Of a stretch of DNA of 64,000 nucleotides, positions 26,788 to 36,421 are shown piece after piece; position 1 is the stretch's first letter; each line of letters begins with the position of its first letter. The stretch is from an uncultured Desulfobacterales bacterium (GTDB lineage: Bacteria > Desulfobacterota > Desulfobacteria > Desulfobacterales > C00003060). The stretch covers positions 5,557 through 69,556 of the forward strand of contig CAZCWQ010000002.1 of NCBI GenBank assembly GCA_964502365.1, given 5' to 3'. A program made the translations under genes and the position numbers. Under the pieces are notes generated by a model that worked only from the letters and a program-made list of their open reading frames with translations, was not told where the DNA came from and made no database searches.

Positions 26788-27546
26788 TCAATCCCCTAGA
26801 TAGGCCGAAACAACATCGTGATTGTTCTGAATTTGCCTTGGGGTTCCTTCTGCTATCTTCATTCCGTAGTTGAGTACCACAATCTCATCGGAAATCTCCA
26901 TAGCAACTTCCATGTTATGTTCTACCAGCAAGACTGTTATGCCACTGTCCCTTATCTTCAGGATCAGCTCGCACAGGGCCAGACTTTCAGTGGAGTCAAG
27001 ACCTGAGGCAGGCTCATCCAACAGGAGAAGCTTCGGCTCAGTAGCCAGGGCCCTGCCAATTTCTAAATAGCGCTGAAGACCGAAAGGGAGCCCAGAGGAA
27101 TCCTCGTAGGCTCGTTCCTTGAGGCCAACAAAGCCCAGAATTTCCATGGACCTATCCAGGATGGCCTGCCCTTCCTCACGCGCCGCACGGAGTCTGAAGG
27201 CCCCGCCAAATAGGCCCGCGTTGGTCTTGACATGGCGGCCCATCATGACATTTTCTATGACAGACATATTTTCGAAGAGTTCCACATTTTGAAAAGTGCG
27301 GGCAATACCCTTTTTGGCGATAACATGGGGCTTCAGACCATCAATCCTGTTGCCAAAAAACCAGATAGCCCCTTGGGTAATGGGGTGGATGCCGGTGACA
27401 ATATTATAAAGAGTTGTTTTGCCTGCACCATTGGGGCCGATTAGCGACTTGATCTGACCTTCGTTAACCAAAAAAGAGACATTTGACAGGGCAGTCAAAC
27501 CCCCAAACGATTTTTTCACATTCTCTATCTCAAGAATCTTGTTCAT
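26788..27546 (-). CDS. livG: Branched-chain amino acid ABC transporter ATP-binding protein LivG
   Basis: The N-terminus [25 protein letters not shown] is followed by GPNGAGKTT and [11 protein letters not shown], with a LivG-type insert. The N-terminal 53 codons of the ORF track are rejected. Confidence 0.9.
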   Translation of the reverse strand: MNKILEIENVKKSFGGLTALSNVSFLVNEGQIKSLIGPNGAGKTTLYNIVTGIHPITQGAIWFFGNRIDGLKPHVIAKKGIARTFQNVELFENMSVIENVMMGRHVKTNAGLFGGAFRLRAAREEGQAILDRSMEILGFVGLKERAYEDSSGLPFGLQRYLEIGRALATEPKLLLLDEPASGLDSTESLALCELILKIRDSGITVLLVEHNMEVAMEISDEIVVLNYGMKIAEGTPRQIQNNHDVVSAYLGD

Positions 27547-27717
27547 TGCGGCTTGTAACACAAAACTCCATTTGGCAACCAATTGATTTATATATCTTCT
27601 TTCATCGAATTTAACAAGACGGTATCGCCTTCCAACGTAACCGTAGGTGTCAATATGATGCCGGGCAATTCTTTGGATTTCAAAAAGTCTACGACGATTT
27701 GCCAAGCACGGAAGGTC

Positions 27718-28986
27718 TCAATCGTGGAGGCAGTTGTCCAAATATCTTGGAAGTTGATCCGTCAAGTCATCAATGTCTGGACAGGGGCTTTTCAGAAACA
27801 TGACAAAGCTGTAAGGTTTGGTATTGCAGCACTCTATGAAGCCGGCTCTTGTTTTAATACCCTTCAAGGTGCCGGTCTTGTATAGCACCTGTCCTTTGCG
27901 AGTGAGGAGGTCCCGGTAGGGTTCAAAAGCCCTCAGAATGGAAAGCATATCGAGTGCGGACAACCGGTTTTGTCTTGATATCCCGGAGCCTTCCACAATT
28001 CGGATATCATTCAATCGGAGCACGTCGTTGGCGTAGCGAGAAACGGTTCGCCTTCCTTTTTCAACAGTGCCTGGAGGGCCGAGCACATGGGCTCCCAATA
28101 CAAGAAAGATCTGATTGGCTATGAAATTGCTCGAGAACTCCATCATTTTTCGCAAAGTGTCTTCCAACGTAAAAACAGACGTATACGTGAAAAAGAGCCG
28201 ATCTTCGGAACCCACCAATCCCATGCGGACTTTACCCTGAAAATCACAGCCTGTCTTTTTCAAAAAATGGACCAAGAGTTCCCCGGCATAACGAGCAGCA
28301 TCGCCACCGTTGTGAGTGAAGGTGTAACGGCCCTGCTTTAGGCCCATCTGATGCACCCTTTCGAGGGCAAGAGGTGTCATGGGCGTTTGAGGTTCTGCTG
28401 AAACAATTCTGCCCCCCTTGTCCCGCTTGAAAAATAGCGTGTTAAAGTTGGCACAAAGCGCTCCGACAGGAGCGTCATACGGATTGGTCGAGTTGTTGGT
28501 TCCCGGAACATGAATATCACGCACAAAATAGGTGTCATCGACTATGAGATCGTTGCAGTTTTGAAGCATGGGGGCCAGAGCCTGGGCAATGTCTTGCCAG
28601 ACCTCTGAGACAAGAAGCGGGTCTCCATAGCCCTTTATCTTTAAGTTACGCTCACGGTCGAGAAAAAATTCGGTGCGAAATCTGTGCGCTTTTCCCAGGT
28701 AATGAATGGCAGCAAGGGCAGTAAGAATCTTCAAGGTGGAGGCCGGGGCGTATCTTATGGTCTCGTTCTTCTTGTAAAGGACCCGGCCATCAGGATCGGC
28801 GACCAAAAGCGCCTCTGCTGAAGAGATCTGACTTGAGAGCGGGGAGACCTGCGCAGCCCACAAGGAAGCGCTCTGTGGTAACCATAAGGCCCAAAGAAGT
28901 GGACCAAGAACCGATATGACGCAAGTCCGTTTCAACGTGTGTGAACAGTGCGCAACTGCCAATCTGTATCTCTGAAAACCACTCAT
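27718..28986 (-). CDS. dacB: D-alanyl-D-alanine carboxypeptidase/endopeptidase (PBP4, peptidase S13)
   Basis: It has a signal peptide, the SxxK motif (PASTLKILTA), a later SGS-like motif (EGSGIS) and KTG (YKTGTLKG). Confidence 0.8.
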   Translation of the reverse strand: MSGFQRYRLAVAHCSHTLKRTCVISVLGPLLWALWLPQSASLWAAQVSPLSSQISSAEALLVADPDGRVLYKKNETIRYAPASTLKILTALAAIHYLGKAHRFRTEFFLDRERNLKIKGYGDPLLVSEVWQDIAQALAPMLQNCNDLIVDDTYFVRDIHVPGTNNSTNPYDAPVGALCANFNTLFFKRDKGGRIVSAEPQTPMTPLALERVHQMGLKQGRYTFTHNGGDAARYAGELLVHFLKKTGCDFQGKVRMGLVGSEDRLFFTYTSVFTLEDTLRKMMEFSSNFIANQIFLVLGAHVLGPPGTVEKGRRTVSRYANDVLRLNDIRIVEGSGISRQNRLSALDMLSILRAFEPYRDLLTRKGQVLYKTGTLKGIKTRAGFIECCNTKPYSFVMFLKSPCPDIDDLTDQLPRYLDNCLHD

Positions 28987-29391
28987 TGCAAAAAGACCTT
29001 TGCATAACCTCGTCTCGCTTCTTGATATGAGGTTCTTAATTGTCGCTTTCTGAGGTTATGCAAAGCTCTGGCAAACATAGGAAGTTGAGCTGCCTGAGTC
29101 AAGCAAAAACCAACGAATATGATATGTTATACTGATTGCCCACTGATGTGGAGCCGTTCGCTTCGCCCGGATGTGTTTCCCAGAAAGCTCATCATGGTCG
29201 TTCAAATGGATTATGCAAAAGTCCCGATCTGGTCCTGTAGAAAATATACGACACGAACCAACAAATTGAAAAGCCTGAAATTTCGTGATATGTGAATCTA
29301 GTTCGTAAGAAGTGCCGTCTAATTCCGATGTATCGCACGTGTGAGAATATTTCCACTGAGGCATTTGCAACCAAACAAGGAAGGGGTTCTT

Positions 29392-30003
29392 ATGGATAGT
29401 GCAATACGTAATGCAAGAAATCTGTGTTTGGCAGGATTGCCAGCGCTTTTCATAGCCTCTGGCATGTTGGGATACGCATCGGAAAAGGGTTTCCAGAATC
29501 CAAACACAAAAAAAGGAGATGCCAAAATGACTCTGACAATCACATCCTCGGTATTCTCACATAACGGAGATATTCCCAAGCGTCATACATGTGACGGCGA
29601 GGATATCTCCCCTGCATTGGAGTGGTCAGGCCTGCCCGGAGGCACCAAGAGTGTCGTTCTAATTGTAGACGATCCCGATGCTCCTGACCCTGCTGCACCA
29701 AGAATGACGTGGGTGCACTGGGTACTTTACAACATTCCTCCTGAGGCTCCTGCATTGCCCGAAGCTGTCAGCCCAAAGGATCTTCCCCAGGGAACTAAAG
29801 AGGGGCTTAACGACTGGAAACGTACTGGATACGGCGGCCCTTGCCCACCAATAGGCCGCCATCGTTACTTCCACAAGCTCTATGCCTTGGATACCGTTCT
29901 CCCGGACCTGGGAAGGCCGACCAAAGGAGAGCTTCAAAAGGCAATGGAAGGACACGTTCTGTCCAAAGCGGAACTGGTCGGAACTTACCAACGTTCACGA
30001 TGA
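29392..30003 (+). CDS. YbhB/YbcL family PEBP (Raf kinase inhibitor-like) protein, secreted
   Basis: The sequence DDPDAP...WVHWVLYNIP...GYGGPCPPIGRHRYFHKLYALD is the canonical bacterial PEBP pattern. ATG 29392 is preceded by AAGGAAGGGG. Confidence 0.85.
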   Translation: MDSAIRNARNLCLAGLPALFIASGMLGYASEKGFQNPNTKKGDAKMTLTITSSVFSHNGDIPKRHTCDGEDISPALEWSGLPGGTKSVVLIVDDPDAPDPAAPRMTWVHWVLYNIPPEAPALPEAVSPKDLPQGTKEGLNDWKRTGYGGPCPPIGRHRYFHKLYALDTVLPDLGRPTKGELQKAMEGHVLSKAELVGTYQRSR

Positions 30004-30056
30004 CAAGTATCTGGTTTGTTCCTCTAAGCTGATTATAATCATATCATGACAACCCC

Positions 30057-30956
30057 ATGTATCAAGCCCAACTGCGATGGCAGCCCATAGCCACCCTCCT
30101 CATCCTCGCCCTTATCTGGGGGGCGAATATGGCCATCATCAAACTCGGAGCCCGCGAACTGGCTCCATTGTTCATGGCCGGCCTGCGATCTCTGGTCGCC
30201 AGCGCATGCCTTTATGTTTGGATGAAGGCCAAGGGGATTCCTATTTTCCCTTCCAAGATTGTCTTTCTGCACGGAATTATAGTTGGAGTGTTATTTGGTT
30301 CTGAGTTTGGCTTCATATATGTGGGACTTCAATATACTCTCGCCTCCCGGATGTATATCCTCGTTTATACCGCCCCCTTCTTTGCAGCCGCAGGAGCCCA
30401 TTTTTTCCTGGAAGGGGACCGGCTCAATACCTGGAAGGCTTTGGGGCTCATCCTGGCTTTTGCCGGCGTGGTTTCCTTGTTTGCTGAGGACTTGGGCGCC
30501 TTTTCTATTGCCACTCTACCAGGTGATCTAATGGGTTTGGCAGCGGGTCTCTTATGGGCGGCCACGACGGTCTGCCTGAAGAAATTGCTCTCCCACCGGA
30601 GCGTGCCCTTGCAGAGTCTTTTCTACCAGGTTTTCTTTTCCGCACCTTTGCTATTCCTGATGAGTATCATCCTGGAAAATCCCATGGTGTCCGGGTTCTC
30701 CTTTGTAACGGGCTTTTCGGTGTTCTATCAGTGTATTGTTGTAGCCTTCATCAGCTATCTGGTATGGTTCGAGCTTATCCACCGGCATCCGGTTAGTCTT
30801 CTTCACGCCTTCTCTTTTTTCACTCCGGTCTTTGGTGTGTTTCTCAGCGGAATTCTGATCTTGGGCGAGCTGATTACTCCAAACCTTTTCTTAGCCTTGG
30901 CTCTGGTGAGTCTGGGTATGATCCTGGTGAATAAGCGACGTAAGGCCAGGAGTTAG
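30057..30956 (+). CDS. EamA/DMT superfamily transporter
   Basis: 299 aa with 10 predicted TM helices in two EamA-like halves. Confidence 0.8.
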   Translation: MYQAQLRWQPIATLLILALIWGANMAIIKLGARELAPLFMAGLRSLVASACLYVWMKAKGIPIFPSKIVFLHGIIVGVLFGSEFGFIYVGLQYTLASRMYILVYTAPFFAAAGAHFFLEGDRLNTWKALGLILAFAGVVSLFAEDLGAFSIATLPGDLMGLAAGLLWAATTVCLKKLLSHRSVPLQSLFYQVFFSAPLLFLMSIILENPMVSGFSFVTGFSVFYQCIVVAFISYLVWFELIHRHPVSLLHAFSFFTPVFGVFLSGILILGELITPNLFLALALVSLGMILVNKRRKARS

Positions 30957-31117
30957 ATTGGATAATAGATCGGTGAGAAACCTATGAAAAATGCCTCTGG
31001 TTGACCAGTGTCACCTTTGCTTCCAGTATTGCGGCACGATTCGTGCTAGAAAACAAAACTGCCTATTTTTTCAATCACTGTCAATCCGGACGAGGCAAAA
31101 CAACAAGGAGCTTTCTC

Positions 31118-32722
31118 GTGATCAAAAAACCCACCTATGAAGAATTGCAACAAAGGGTCAAGGAGTTAGAAATAGAGGCCGCTATGCGGAAACAGGCGGA
31201 TGAGGCCCTCCAGAGGAGCAAAGACCGGTACCGGCGTATCACCGCGGCAGTGACGGATTACATTTTTACGGTGCGCATTGAAAATGGGCATCCAGTGGAA
31301 ACTATTCATGGTCCTGCCTGTGTCGCCGTGACGGGATATACCCCTGAGGAGTTTGCCTCCGACCAGTATTTGTGGATTCGAATGGTCCACGAGGAAGATC
31401 GAAGGGCCGTTGAAGAGCAGGCAGTGCGTGTTCTTTCGGGACAAGAGATTAAGCCCTTGGAGCACCGCATCTTCCGAAAGGATGGCGTCCTGTGCTGGGT
31501 AAGGAATACTCTTGTTCCTCATTACGATGCCGAAGGGAACCTGTTGTCATATGATGGCCTGGTTCGCGACATCTCACATCAGAAGCGCCTCGAAGCTCGG
31601 CTTCAACAAGCTCGCAAGATGGAAGCGATCGGCACCCTTGCTGGCGGCATTGCCCATGACTTTAACAACCTGCTTATGGCCATACAGGGCAATGTCTCCC
31701 TAATGCTCTTTGACACTGATTATCCACATCGCAAAAGGTTAAAAAGCATTGAAAAACAGGTAAGAAGCGGATCTGGACTGACCAGGCAACTTCTTGGCTA
31801 TGCGAGGAAGGGGAAATATGAAATCAAGCTTATTAACCCCGACAAAGTGGTCGAAGAAATCTCTGAGACTTTTGGAAGGACCAGAAAGGAGATTACGATC
31901 CATCGAGATCTGGCAAAGGACTTATTCCCAATAGAAGCAGACCAAGGGCAAATTGAGCAGGTTTTGTTAAATCTGTTCATCAATGCAGGAGATGCCATGC
32001 CTGGTGGTGGGAATCTCACTATAAGAACCATGAATGTGACCCACCAAGAGATGAAGGGCAGGCTGTATGATCCAAAGCCGGGAAAATATGTTTTGCTGAC
32101 GATAACTGATACAGGCGCAGGGATGGACAAAGAAACCATGGAGCGCATCTTTGACCCTTTCTTTACGACCAAGCAGATGGGACGAGGGACGGGTCTTGGG
32201 TTGGCCTCTGTTTACGGCATTATAAAGGGTCATGGTGGATACATCGACGTTGATTCTGAGAAAGGCCAAGGGACCACTTTCAGCATTTATCTCCCTGCAT
32301 CCAAAGAAAAGGTAGAAAAAACTGTCGAGACTGCTGAGGAAATCATTGAGGGAAGCGGTACTATCCTCTTTGTGGATGATGAAGAAAGGGTTTTGGATGT
32401 GGGGGCTGACGTCCTCAAAGAATTAGGCTACACGGTGCTCGAGGCAAAAAGCGGAAGAGAGGCGACCGAGACCTACAAAGAACACCGAGACAAGATTGAT
32501 ATGGTCATACTGGATATGGTTATGCCTGACATGGGCGGAGGGGAGACCTATGACAGAATGAAGGAAATAAATCCTAATGTAAAAGTTCTTCTTTCAAGCG
32601 GATACAGTATAGACGGTCAAGCCAGCGAGATATTGAAACGTGGTTGTGATGGTTTTATTCAGAAGCCGTTTGGCATGAAAGAACTATCAGGGAGAATAAA
32701 GGAGATTCTGGTCAAGCAATAG
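31118..32722 (+). CDS. Hybrid sensor histidine kinase (coiled coil, PAS, HisKA, HATPase_c, receiver)
   Basis: It has a PAS segment (FTVRIENGHPVETIHGPACVAVTGYTPEEF), an H-box (GIAHDFNNLL), G-boxes (DTGAGM, GTGLGLASV) and a receiver domain (ILFVDDE...DMVILDMVMPDMGG...KPF). GTG 31118 is preceded by AAGGAG. Confidence 0.85.
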   Translation: MIKKPTYEELQQRVKELEIEAAMRKQADEALQRSKDRYRRITAAVTDYIFTVRIENGHPVETIHGPACVAVTGYTPEEFASDQYLWIRMVHEEDRRAVEEQAVRVLSGQEIKPLEHRIFRKDGVLCWVRNTLVPHYDAEGNLLSYDGLVRDISHQKRLEARLQQARKMEAIGTLAGGIAHDFNNLLMAIQGNVSLMLFDTDYPHRKRLKSIEKQVRSGSGLTRQLLGYARKGKYEIKLINPDKVVEEISETFGRTRKEITIHRDLAKDLFPIEADQGQIEQVLLNLFINAGDAMPGGGNLTIRTMNVTHQEMKGRLYDPKPGKYVLLTITDTGAGMDKETMERIFDPFFTTKQMGRGTGLGLASVYGIIKGHGGYIDVDSEKGQGTTFSIYLPASKEKVEKTVETAEEIIEGSGTILFVDDEERVLDVGADVLKELGYTVLEAKSGREATETYKEHRDKIDMVILDMVMPDMGGGETYDRMKEINPNVKVLLSSGYSIDGQASEILKRGCDGFIQKPFGMKELSGRIKEILVKQ

Positions 32723-32866
32723 GCCTTATAGCTCTCCCAAAATAATCTTGTTCGATGAGCCAACGCTTAACCCTCACCTTTCCCCACGACAAGTGACATG
32801 TGGTACCCAGTTCACATTATCCCATCACAGTTGCAGGCCTATCGACTTCCTGTGGGTCCATCAGAC

Positions 32867-32895
32867 TTGACATTGTCAGGATAATTGCATATATT
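32867..32895 (+). promoter_or_regulatory. Sigma70-type promoter for the DUF4143 ATPase gene
   Basis: TTGACA (32867-32872), a 17-nt spacer and TATATT (32890-32895) lie about 40 nt upstream of ATG 32936. Confidence 0.5.
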
Positions 32896-32935
32896 GTCGT
32901 CAGTTTTCAACGAAATATGACGATGAGGCTACCAA

Positions 32936-34087
32936 ATGATTCTGAAGCGAATATTCAAGGCCCCGAAACAGAGCTTTTTTCTTTTGGGTCCACGCGGATC
33001 TGGCAAGAGTACATGGCTTAGCGTCACCTTTCCCGAGGCACACGTATTCGACTTGCTGTCCGAGGAGACATATCAGAGGCTGCTGGCGAATCCCGGTCTT
33101 TTCGCGGATGAATTGCGCGCCGTTCCTTCGGGCCACTGGGTAATCGTGGACGAGGTGCAGCGACTGCCTGGATTGTTGAACGAGGTGCATCGGTTCATAG
33201 AGGGCAAGCGGCTGCGTTTTGTCCTGTGCGGTTCCAGTGCCCGCAAGCTCAAGCGTGCCGGCGTTAACCTGTTAGCCGGACGCGCCCTGCACAGGTCAAT
33301 GCACGCTTTCGTGCCCGAGGAGCTTGGCGAAAAATTCGATTTGGAAGAGGCCTTGCGGTATGGCTCGCTGCCCATTGTCTGGGATTCGACTGCCAAACAG
33401 GAGACGCTTTCCGCCTACGCCCGGCTCTATCTGAAAGAGGAAATCCAGGCCGAGGCACTCGTACGGAATCTGTCCGGTTTTGCCCGTTTTCTGCCTATAG
33501 CGGCCCTTTTTCACGGCCAAACCGTCAATGCGACCAATATTGCCCGGGAGGCAGGGGTGGCGAGAACGACGGTAACGGGGTATCTTGATGTCCTCGAGGA
33601 AACACTCCTGTGCTTTCGGCTTCCTGCCTACGAAGCAAAGCTGCGGGTGAGGGAACGGAAACTGCCCAAATGGTACTGGTGCGATTCGGGCATTGTGCGC
33701 GCCATGAAGCAGACCACCGGCACTTTGGCACCGGAGGAAAAGGGAGCATTGTTTGAGGGAATGGTAGCGCAGTTGTTGCGGGCTTATAAGGATTACCGCG
33801 GCATCTGTGACGATATGTATTACTGGGCACCTTCCGGCCGATCCCAGACAGAAGTGGATTTCATTCTGGTCCGAGGTACGGACCTGATCGCGGTCGAGGC
33901 AAAATCTGGAAATACGTTTACGGACGCTTGGTGCAAGGGTCTGCGCGCCGTGGCGCAACTCAAAGGTCTACAACGCCGGATTATCGTATACCCTCACGGA
34001 CCAGCAATGAGAACCAAGGACGGCATCGATGTCTTGCCTTTTCAGGAGCTTGCTGACCAGTTGGCCGGTAATGCTTTGTGGAATTAA
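32936..34087 (+). CDS. AAA+ ATPase with C-terminal DUF4143-like domain
   Basis: It has Walker A (GPRGSGKST), Walker B (WVIVDEVQ) and a C-terminal region typical of the AAA_14/DUF4143 family (YYWAPSGRSQTEVDFIL...AVEAKSG). Confidence 0.8.
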   Translation: MILKRIFKAPKQSFFLLGPRGSGKSTWLSVTFPEAHVFDLLSEETYQRLLANPGLFADELRAVPSGHWVIVDEVQRLPGLLNEVHRFIEGKRLRFVLCGSSARKLKRAGVNLLAGRALHRSMHAFVPEELGEKFDLEEALRYGSLPIVWDSTAKQETLSAYARLYLKEEIQAEALVRNLSGFARFLPIAALFHGQTVNATNIAREAGVARTTVTGYLDVLEETLLCFRLPAYEAKLRVRERKLPKWYWCDSGIVRAMKQTTGTLAPEEKGALFEGMVAQLLRAYKDYRGICDDMYYWAPSGRSQTEVDFILVRGTDLIAVEAKSGNTFTDAWCKGLRAVAQLKGLQRRIIVYPHGPAMRTKDGIDVLPFQELADQLAGNALWN

Positions 34088-34246
34088 CAGTAGTGGAGTC
34101 GGCGTTACATTAGGCTGGGAACTGGGGAACTATGGCGTAGCGGGCAAACTGGACTGCACAACCCAGGATTTAAGCCAACCTTTCTTGCCGACGAAACGTT
34201 ATCAGGCCCGAAAAGGTCTTCTGTGAACAATTTGGAGGAGATTGAA

Positions 34247-34381
34247 ATGACCAGACTCGGCAAGCTGCCGGTGCAATACAAAGCCGGCCTGCGCCATTGG
34301 GCTTACAGCCCGGAAGGCTGGGGCTTCAAGCTCGCCAAAAAATGCTATTTTATCTCCGTGGGCGTCTTTATTCGTCAGTGA
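34247..34381 (+). CDS. Possible small protein (44 aa), unknown function
   Basis: The ATG is preceded by GGAGGAG with 6-nt spacing. The translation is MTRLGKLPVQYKAGLRHWAYSPEGWGFKLAKKCYFISVGVFIRQ. It is below the ORF-track length cut-off and I recognise no family. Confidence 0.3.
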   Translation: MTRLGKLPVQYKAGLRHWAYSPEGWGFKLAKKCYFISVGVFIRQ

Positions 34382-34455
34382 ACTGCTTGTCTCAGGGCGA
34401 ACCCTATGATCGAAACCATTGAGGTGCGAAACTTGAGTCATATGTTTATGCCCGT

Positions 34456-34543
34456 CCCGCATCTCCGTTATGGCCTTTCAGTTACAGGCCCAAGGAAACA
34501 GCTCAACTATGAGCGAGGGCTGCTGGAGAGGCGGGGGTTTTTT
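34456..34543 (+). terminator. Branched stem-loop ending in a U-tract (complex terminator or small structured RNA)
   Basis: The outer stem pairs CCCGCATCTCC (34456-34466) with GGAGAGGCGGG (34525-34535), 10/11 complementary. It encloses two smaller hairpins (GGCC...GGCC and CAGCTC...GAGC..CTG) and is followed by GG and TTTTTT (34538-34543). Confidence 0.4.
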
Positions 34544-34804
34544 CAAGATTGTGAAGGGTTACGGGGGGGAGGCCATATGCAAATCACAACACTTCGGGAG
34601 AAGTCTTTTCACAGATATGACAAGCATCGATAGCCTGGTGATGTACCTTTTGAATGAGGATCAACAAATGAGACCTATAGTTCCAAGATTCTGATCATCC
34701 GGTTGCAGAATGATGAGATCTATATTCTTTCTGGAATGCGGTGTGATTGCAGCCATCACCAATCTGCGTTTGACCCCACTAGCTTGCGATACCTTAGGCA
34801 TTTA

Positions 34805-35455
34805 TCAACAGCCGTCGATAATTGGAGAAAAGTAATTCTCGCATTCGATTTCAACGATGGTAACCTCCACTTCCTCATACTTCAAGTCCTCATATTGTAG
34901 GGTTGGATCCCATTTTGTGACCTCTACATCACTATCATGCCTGAAGGGGTTAAGAATCGGACACGAGGTAAACCTAGCAAAACTAAGTTCGAAATTTGTC
35001 AATTCGACTGAAGGAATAGCAAAGGCACTTCGATAATGGATTCTAGTATGATCAAGGTTTAGAATATAATCCCTTAGCTGGGCCACGACCTGCATCCACC
35101 CATAGACCCGTCTTTCATCGGAGGAGCTTCGGTCCCGTGGATCTATACCAAGAACATGCGATATCAACGATCTGTATCCAGACATGTTGTGATATCTTTG
35201 CTTCTTGTTGGGCGCCTTTCTTGTATTCCAGTTCCACCAATTGTAACGGGCATTTCTTGATTCACTGAGGGATTTCTGTTCCATCAGAAGGTAATCTCTG
35301 TCTGATGTAATCTTTCTCCATACTCCGTCCCCTTGGAATCTCATGTAGTCATTGAAGTATGGGACTCTCTTATCCTGCAGCTGAACATATGTGGGCAAAT
35401 GTTCTTTCATGTAACTCTCCACTGCTGCCTCCAAGTTATCAGCGCTAATTGGCAC
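34805..35455 (-). CDS. Hypothetical protein (216 aa), no recognisable family
   Basis: Long ORF in a low-GC segment, 43 nt downstream of the 141-aa ORF on the same strand. The translation is Trp/Asn-rich (NARYNWWNWNTRKAPNKKQRY), with no TM segment or signal peptide. Confidence 0.6.
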   Translation of the reverse strand: MPISADNLEAAVESYMKEHLPTYVQLQDKRVPYFNDYMRFQGDGVWRKITSDRDYLLMEQKSLSESRNARYNWWNWNTRKAPNKKQRYHNMSGYRSLISHVLGIDPRDRSSSDERRVYGWMQVVAQLRDYILNLDHTRIHYRSAFAIPSVELTNFELSFARFTSCPILNPFRHDSDVEVTKWDPTLQYEDLKYEEVEVTIVEIECENYFSPIIDGC

Positions 35456-35498
35456 GACTCATCCCTCCCTCTGCAGATTGTGCACCGGTTCAGACTTG

Positions 35499-35924
35499 TC
35501 ACCTTTTCTCAAAGTACAGCTTCCCCCTCAACGAACGCCTGTTGCCAATAACGAACTCCACAAACCGAGTCTGCTCACTGTTAGTCATGTCTAAGAAGTC
35601 CTGTGTCTGCACTTCAACCATGCAGGTATCCGGATTCCACCACCCTCCCCAGACTTGTGATCGCTTCACGTCAATTCCAAGGTCGGAAGACAAGTCTTCA
35701 AGATTCCGCCTCTTCGACATGTGGAACAGCAGTACCGGCTTGCCATATTCAACTCCTTTACCCCCATAGACAACATAGAATACTGCCTGCCCACGTCCTA
35801 ATCCCGGCATCTTCACAGTATAATGAGCCACATTCTCACGCTGAGGATTATAATTAATGATCACTTCTTCCCCCAACGCCTCCATAATTTCTGCAACTCT
35901 ATCTCTTGCTTCTTCCGCACTCAT
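35499..35924 (-). CDS. Hypothetical protein (141 aa), no recognisable family
   Basis: The ATG is preceded by a strong SD (GGAAAGGAGGTGAAGAAGT-ATG). The composition looks like a soluble protein, but I recognise no motif. Confidence 0.65.
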   Translation of the reverse strand: MSAEEARDRVAEIMEALGEEVIINYNPQRENVAHYTVKMPGLGRGQAVFYVVYGGKGVEYGKPVLLFHMSKRRNLEDLSSDLGIDVKRSQVWGGWWNPDTCMVEVQTQDFLDMTNSEQTRFVEFVIGNRRSLRGKLYFEKR

Positions 35925-36116
35925 ACTTCTTCACCTCCTTTCCTAGGCAGACCGAAGTCATGATCAGCTTGCCATGATCGAGGTTTAGCCCCACGAGATT
36001 CCCGTCAAAGATATCGTACCAGTCTCGCGACTGGAACGCGGACATCAGGATCATAGACCTCAAACTAAAATTGAAACAGGCAACAGGGGTAATGCGAGTA
36101 CATCTCTCTTGCCAAC

Positions 36117-36206
36117 ATTATACAGCCTTACCCGTTGATTTCACCACAGATATCTAACCATCCCTCTGTCTCAGGCTACAGATGCACAAGTCAGATATCC
36201 ATCTGA
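36117..36206 (-). promoter_or_regulatory. Putative promoter and operator region of the orphan cassette
   Basis: On the minus strand there is a TATAAT box (36122-36117). Upstream of it lie two related palindromes, AGATATCT (36148-36155) and TCAGAT-ATCC-ATCTGA (36191-36206), which share CAGATATC. Confidence 0.35.
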
Positions 36207-36421
36207 TACCTCGACTGACGTAGGTGTAAAAGCGAACTTCAGTTCGAGGTTCTTTCATTCGGGGTACAGCATACGTGGTTCCAGGAAACTCTGTGGATGG
36301 CGCATCCCAGCTGGGACTTTCTTTCACCGCAGCTTCACGTCTGGCCTCCAGCCTATACCAGAATATTCCCAGTCAGCCAACAAGGTCATGCAAAGGCCCA
36401 CCCACAATGTGCCGGTGGTTG

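Noticed and set aside
29056-29370. 104-aa and 60-aa minus-strand ORFs in the AT-rich dacB/PEBP intergenic region.
   Set aside because: The 104-aa ORF starts at a TTG lying antisense to the PEBP gene's Shine-Dalgarno, has no SD of its own, and I recognise no similarity. It could be a decayed fragment, but I cannot support it as a gene.
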